A stretch of 64,000 nucleotides of DNA from an uncultured Microbulbifer sp. Its GTDB lineage: Bacteria > Pseudomonadota > Gammaproteobacteria > Pseudomonadales > Cellvibrionaceae. The notes beneath the pieces are model-generated. The model was not told the origin of the DNA. It worked only from the letters and a program-made list of their open reading frames with translations, and searched no databases. The stretch is taken from NCBI RefSeq assembly GCF_913055755.1, contig NZ_CAJXKH010000007.1, positions 2,256 through 66,255 on the forward strand. Reading direction: 5' to 3'. The position numbers and the translations under genes were made by a program. Of this stretch, positions 59,384 to 64,000 are shown piece by piece; the first letter of the stretch is position 1, and the number at the start of each line of letters is the position of its first letter.

Positions 59384-62300
59384 TCAGACCTTCTCGAAGC
59401 TGACCGGCAGCTCGTCGTGGATCTTGTCGCCCTTCACCTTGATGCGCAGCATCTCGATGATCTTGTACAGGTTCGGCACCAGCAACAGGGTCACGAAGGT
59501 GGCGCACAGAACGCCGAACGCCAGGCTCACCACCATCGGGATCAGGAACTGCGCCTGGATGGAACGCTCGAACATGATCGGCACCAGGCCAACGAAGGTC
59601 GTGATGGACGTCAGGATAATCGGACGGAAACGGTCGCGACCGGCCTGCACCACCGCCTCCATCACCGCCACACCCTCGGCGCGCAGTTGGTTGATACGGT
59701 CCATCAACACCAGGTTGTCATTCACCACCACACCCGCGGCAGCCAGGAAACCCAACATCGACATAATGCTGATGTCATAACCGAGCAGCAGGTGGCCGAG
59801 GATTGCACCGAAGAAACCGAACGGCACCGCGGTGAGGATCAGCAGCGGCTGCGAGTAAGAGCGGAACGCAATCGCCAGCAGCGCGTAGATCGCAAACAGC
59901 GACAGCACGAAGAATGCCAGAATCGCGGTACCGAATTCCTCCTCTTCCTGCATCTCACCGGCAGTCTTCAGGCTGAAGCCCGGGAACTGCTGCTCCCACT
60001 TCTTCAGGTTCTTGTCGCGCAGCTGCTTCAGAATCTCGTGTGCCGGAGAGGTACCCGGGATCATCTCCGCGGTAACCTGCACCGTGCGCTCGCGGTCATT
60101 GCGGCGAATAGTCGTGTAACCGGGCACATAAACCGCCTCCGCCACCGCGCTGAAGGGAATCTCGCCTTCGCTGGTGCGGATGCGGATACGGTCGATCTGC
60201 TCCTCGCTGGCGCGCTCCTCCTGCGGATAGCGCACCATCACCCGCACGTCCTCACGGCCGCGGGGAATACGTTGCACTTCCTGGCCGTAGAAACCCTGGC
60301 GCACCTGCTTGGCCACGTCCGCCAGGCCGATACCCATATTGGTTGCATTGGGCTTGAGCTGGATCTCGATATCCTGGCGCGCACTGATCAGGTTATCGCG
60401 CACGTCGTAAACACCGGCGAAGCTGTTCAGCTCCTTCTTCACCGCATCCGCAGCGCGTCGCATCTCATCCATATTCCCCGAGGCCGTGCTCAGGTTCAGG
60501 GACATACCCTTGCCACCATCGTTGATAGTGTGCTGGATATTCATTTCTTCCACACTGGCCGGCAACTTGCCGACATACTCGCGCCACTTGATCGCCAGCT
60601 GCTCGGAAGTCACATCCCGCAGCTCACCTTCGGTCAACTGCAGCAGTACCGTGACATTACCCCGGTACAGGAACGCCATGGTGTTCTGCACAAAGGGACG
60701 GTCGCCATTCAGCGCCAGCATTTCCGGGTCTTCGGCGAGTTTCTTGCCCGCAGTCTCGAACTGCTCCAGCACCCGCTGCGCTTCCTCGAAGGACTCGCCC
60801 TGGGCCATGGTAGTGCGCAGTTCCAACAGGTCGGAAGGCACCTCCGGCGAGAACGCCGAGCCGATGTAACCGCCCTTGAACAGCGCAATGGAAAGCACCA
60901 GCGCCATGAAGAAGATCATCACCGTGGCGCGACTGTTGGTGAGGGATTTCTCCAGCAGCGGCAGATAGTACTTGTCACCGGCGATCTTCATGCCCGCGGC
61001 AAATTTGCTGCGCACATCCTGCAGTTTTTTGCCGATACCCGAGCTGGCCGGCGCTTCCGGCTTGAGCTTCACCAGGTGCGCCGGCAGGATCAGCAGCGAC
61101 TCCACCAGGGAGAAGCTCAGGCACAACAGCACCACCACCGGCAGCGACATCATCATCTGCGAGGTGTAACCGGGCAGGAACAGCATCGGCACGAAGAACA
61201 CCATGGTGGAGACCACGGCAAAAATCACCGGTGCAGAAATGCTCTTCACTCCCGCATCCGCCGCCTCGAGCCCGGTCTCGCCACGGTCGTGGGCGGCGTG
61301 CACCGCCTCACCGACGATGATCGCATCGTCCACCACGATACCGAGGATCATCAGGAAGGCGAACAGCGACAGCATATTCAGGGTGATACCGGTCACCGGC
61401 AGCAGCCAGAAGGCGCCCATAAACGCGGTAAAGATACCCACGGTCACCCATACCGCCAGCGCCGGGCGCAGGAACAGCATCAGCAATACAAACACCAGCG
61501 CCAGGCCGGAAACCGCATTCCAGAACAGCATGCTCATGCGGCTTTCGTAGGCATCGGAGAAGTCGAACCAGGTCTCGAATTCCATGCCCGGGGGCAGGGT
61601 CTCGCGCGCTTCCTTCATGAATTCGCGGATCGCTTCCGCGGTCGCCACCACGTCCAGCGGCTCGCCCTGCATCACTCGCAGGTTCATCGCCGGCTTGCCG
61701 TTGAAGCGGATGACCGAGCCCTCTTCCTCAAAGCCGTCGATCACCGTCGCCACATCCCCCAGCAGCAGCTGGGTGCCGTCCTTGCGGCTCACCAGCGGAA
61801 TGCGTTCGAAATCCGCCTGGGTGTATGCCTGGCCGCGGGTCTGCACCTGGATATCACCGCGGTCGGAACGCACACGGCCCGCCGGCAGGTCCAGGGAGGA
61901 GCGGCGCACCGCATTGCTGACATCGTCGAACGACAGGTTGTAGCGGCGCAGGTCCATCTCGGAAACCTCGATGGAGACCTCGTCGGCGCGATCGCCCCAC
62001 ACGTCGACCCGGCGCACGCCGGGCAACAGCATCAGCTTGTCGCGCAGGTCCAGGGCGGTTTCCTTGAGCTGGCGCGGGGAGACGGGACCGCCGATGGCGA
62101 TCATCATCATCTGCTGCTCCCACTCCTCCAGCGCAATCACCGGGCGCTCGATATCCGCGGGGAAGGTGTTGATGGAGTCCACCTGCACCTTGATATCGTT
62201 CAGCAGGCGCAGCTCGTCGTAGCCGTCCACCGCCTGGATACGCACGGTGCTGTTGCTGCGGCTGGACCAGGAGTTGACCTCCTTGATGCCCTTCACCTCG

Positions 62301-62518
62301 GAAATGGCCTGTTCGACCCGCAGGGTTACCTGCTGCTCTACTTCCGCGGGGCCGGCGCCGGGGTAACTGATATTGACCCGCACCACTCCCGGGTTGATCG
62401 CCGGGAACACCTCGCGACCAATATGGGACATGCCGAACAGGCCGCCGATGATGATCATGATCATCAGCAGGTTGGCGGCCTTACTGTTGCGGACGAACCA
62501 TCCAATAATGCCCTGCAT
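59384..62518 (-). CDS. RND efflux permease (AcrB/AcrD/AcrF family)
   Basis: AANLLM, YPGA.P.EVE, GIVVDDAIIVGE, GVVVND, RFRPIILTSITT. Confidence 0.96.
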   Translation of the reverse strand: MQGIIGWFVRNSKAANLLMIMIIIGGLFGMSHIGREVFPAINPGVVRVNISYPGAGPAEVEQQVTLRVEQAISEVKGIKEVNSWSSRSNSTVRIQAVDGYDELRLLNDIKVQVDSINTFPADIERPVIALEEWEQQMMMIAIGGPVSPRQLKETALDLRDKLMLLPGVRRVDVWGDRADEVSIEVSEMDLRRYNLSFDDVSNAVRRSSLDLPAGRVRSDRGDIQVQTRGQAYTQADFERIPLVSRKDGTQLLLGDVATVIDGFEEEGSVIRFNGKPAMNLRVMQGEPLDVVATAEAIREFMKEARETLPPGMEFETWFDFSDAYESRMSMLFWNAVSGLALVFVLLMLFLRPALAVWVTVGIFTAFMGAFWLLPVTGITLNMLSLFAFLMILGIVVDDAIIVGEAVHAAHDRGETGLEAADAGVKSISAPVIFAVVSTMVFFVPMLFLPGYTSQMMMSLPVVVLLCLSFSLVESLLILPAHLVKLKPEAPASSGIGKKLQDVRSKFAAGMKIAGDKYYLPLLEKSLTNSRATVMIFFMALVLSIALFKGGYIGSAFSPEVPSDLLELRTTMAQGESFEEAQRVLEQFETAGKKLAEDPEMLALNGDRPFVQNTMAFLYRGNVTVLLQLTEGELRDVTSEQLAIKWREYVGKLPASVEEMNIQHTINDGGKGMSLNLSTASGNMDEMRRAADAVKKELNSFAGVYDVRDNLISARQDIEIQLKPNATNMGIGLADVAKQVRQGFYGQEVQRIPRGREDVRVMVRYPQEERASEEQIDRIRIRTSEGEIPFSAVAEAVYVPGYTTIRRNDRERTVQVTAEMIPGTSPAHEILKQLRDKNLKKWEQQFPGFSLKTAGEMQEEEEFGTAILAFFVLSLFAIYALLAIAFRSYSQPLLILTAVPFGFFGAILGHLLLGYDISIMSMLGFLAAAGVVVNDNLVLMDRINQLRAEGVAVMEAVVQAGRDRFRPIILTSITTFVGLVPIMFERSIQAQFLIPMVVSLAFGVLCATFVTLLLVPNLYKIIEMLRIKVKGDKIHDELPVSFEKV

Positions 62519-62520
62519 GA

Positions 62521-63777
62521 TCAGAAGGCTCCCTGGGCTGAAGCGGTACTGCTGCCACCAGCCTTCGCTTCAGGTTCCTGTTCTTCCCCGGCCTTTTCAC
62601 CTAGATACAGGCCGGAGGGCTTTTCGTTCAGCGGGTTGGGGCTCAGAACCATGCCCTCGCGGGAATAGCCGAGACTGGAAATGACCACCTGCTCGCCACT
62701 GGCGATATTGCCGCGCAGCCACACCTGGTCACCTACCGCCTGCAGTAGCTCTACCTCGCGGTGACCCAGCTGGTTTTCTGCATTCAGCACCAGGATATGA
62801 TCCCCCTCGTGCAGCGCCTGGCGCGGCAGCAGGGTGATGTCGTCATAGGTCTTGCCGGCTATCTGGGCTTCCACAAACAGGCCGTTGATCAGCGGCGCCT
62901 CGCCCTGGTAGGGGTTCTGGACCTGGGCCACGGCGTATACAAAGCGGCTGTTGGGGTCGATGGCGGCCTCGGTACGCACTATCTGGCCGCGCCACTCGCG
63001 CTCTTCACCGGCGAGGTTGGCGGCAAGGCGCACCGCGGGACCGTTCTCGATCGCGCGACCCAGCGGCAGTTCCAACAGCGACAGCTGGTGATCGGTCAGC
63101 GGCAGGCGCACTTCCGCCACACCGGTGCTGTGAATCCGTGCCAGCTTGGTCCCCGGGGTCACGTACTGACCGATATCCACCAGGGTTTCCACCACGCGGC
63201 CGGCGAACGGCGCCTCCACCGAGGTGCGCTCCAGGTTCAGTCTGGCCTGGTCGCGGTCCGCCTTGGCGGCCTCGAGCGCGGCACTGGCGGCAGCCAGTTG
63301 CGGCTTGCGCAGGAACAGGTTGTTGGCTTTGTCCGTACCCAGGTCGCGCCACTCGCGCTTGGCCTGCTTGGCCATACCCTCTTCCTGGGCCAGGGTCGCG
63401 GCGGCACTGGCCACCTGGGACTCGGTGCGGGTCAGGGCGTGACGGTAGTCAGCCGGCTCGATCTGTACCAGCGAGTCTCCCTGCTGGAAAAATCCGCCGG
63501 GTACGAAGGCGCCGTTAACGCTTTCGATCACACCGCCTACCCGGGCCACCACTTCAATTTCGTGGCGGGCACGCACGGAGCCCTGGCTCGGCACCAGCAG
63601 AGTGTGACGTCCGGGTTCCGCATACAGGATATCGGCCGTGGGCGGCACCGCCGCCTCGGCAACTTTTTCCTCCGGCTTTGGCGCCAGCATGGAAACAGCG
63701 GCTACTGCTGCGACACCTGCAACAACCACAATCCCTAAGACTTTGTTTTTTCTAGAAAGCTTCACAAATACTTCCAT
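62521..63777 (-). CDS. RND periplasmic adaptor (membrane fusion protein)
   Basis: N-terminal anchor, lipoyl-like VGG...G..LVQI, LERT.V.APFAG; adjacent to the permease. Confidence 0.94.
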   Translation of the reverse strand: MEVFVKLSRKNKVLGIVVVAGVAAVAAVSMLAPKPEEKVAEAAVPPTADILYAEPGRHTLLVPSQGSVRARHEIEVVARVGGVIESVNGAFVPGGFFQQGDSLVQIEPADYRHALTRTESQVASAAATLAQEEGMAKQAKREWRDLGTDKANNLFLRKPQLAAASAALEAAKADRDQARLNLERTSVEAPFAGRVVETLVDIGQYVTPGTKLARIHSTGVAEVRLPLTDHQLSLLELPLGRAIENGPAVRLAANLAGEEREWRGQIVRTEAAIDPNSRFVYAVAQVQNPYQGEAPLINGLFVEAQIAGKTYDDITLLPRQALHEGDHILVLNAENQLGHREVELLQAVGDQVWLRGNIASGEQVVISSLGYSREGMVLSPNPLNEKPSGLYLGEKAGEEQEPEAKAGGSSTASAQGAF

Positions 63778-64000
63778 TGTTCAAATTTTGACTAGCTACG
63801 CATTCTACTGGAGTTCGACGATAAATAAACCGCTCCCGGATGCAGGCCATCGCAACTAAATGCACTTGATCGCAAACGTGAGTTGTGTGCCATTTTCGCC
63901 ATGGATTCAGCCTTGGTCCGCGCCGCCGCTTGGCCCATAATGGCCGCCCTCATTTTTGACCGCTGCGCGCTACTTTCCGCTGCCATCCGAGGCAGAAGCG

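Overview
GC-rich gammaproteobacterial chromosomal window; gene content suggests Cellvibrionales, probably Microbulbifer-like (inference). Housekeeping blocks lie at both ends: serA and fba-pgk on the left; epd-tkt, sahR-metK-ahcY-metF, rsmE and an RND pump on the right. They flank about 35 kb of accessory DNA between epd and pgk. That DNA holds secreted peptidases, an SPFH/DUF350/transglutaminase cluster, a module with sigma54-type promoters (TonB receptor, Tat-exported aminotransferase, TauE) and a visibly AT-richer island at about 30.0-44.95 kb. The island encodes an AAA-ATPase/TPR operon, a REP-associated HUH tyrosine transposase (RAYT) with inverted flanking motifs, a 5'-truncated XRE regulator, and a ~2,890-aa Sec-exported FN3/SpvB/FG-GAP/Rhs polymorphic toxin with its immunity gene and an orphan toxin-tip/immunity pair. 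Top finding: the current toxin tip plus immunity gene is bracketed by an 11-bp direct repeat, TACTCTGCCCA. Both copies read in the same frame (S-G-Q-S-x-E), the orphan carries no Rhs-core homology, and the repeat resembles the RAYT-flanking motif TTTACTCTGACCCCA. This suggests site-specific, possibly RAYT-driven, toxin-tip cassette exchange. No rRNA, tRNA or CRISPR array was seen. All assignments come from reading motifs by eye; no database searches were run.
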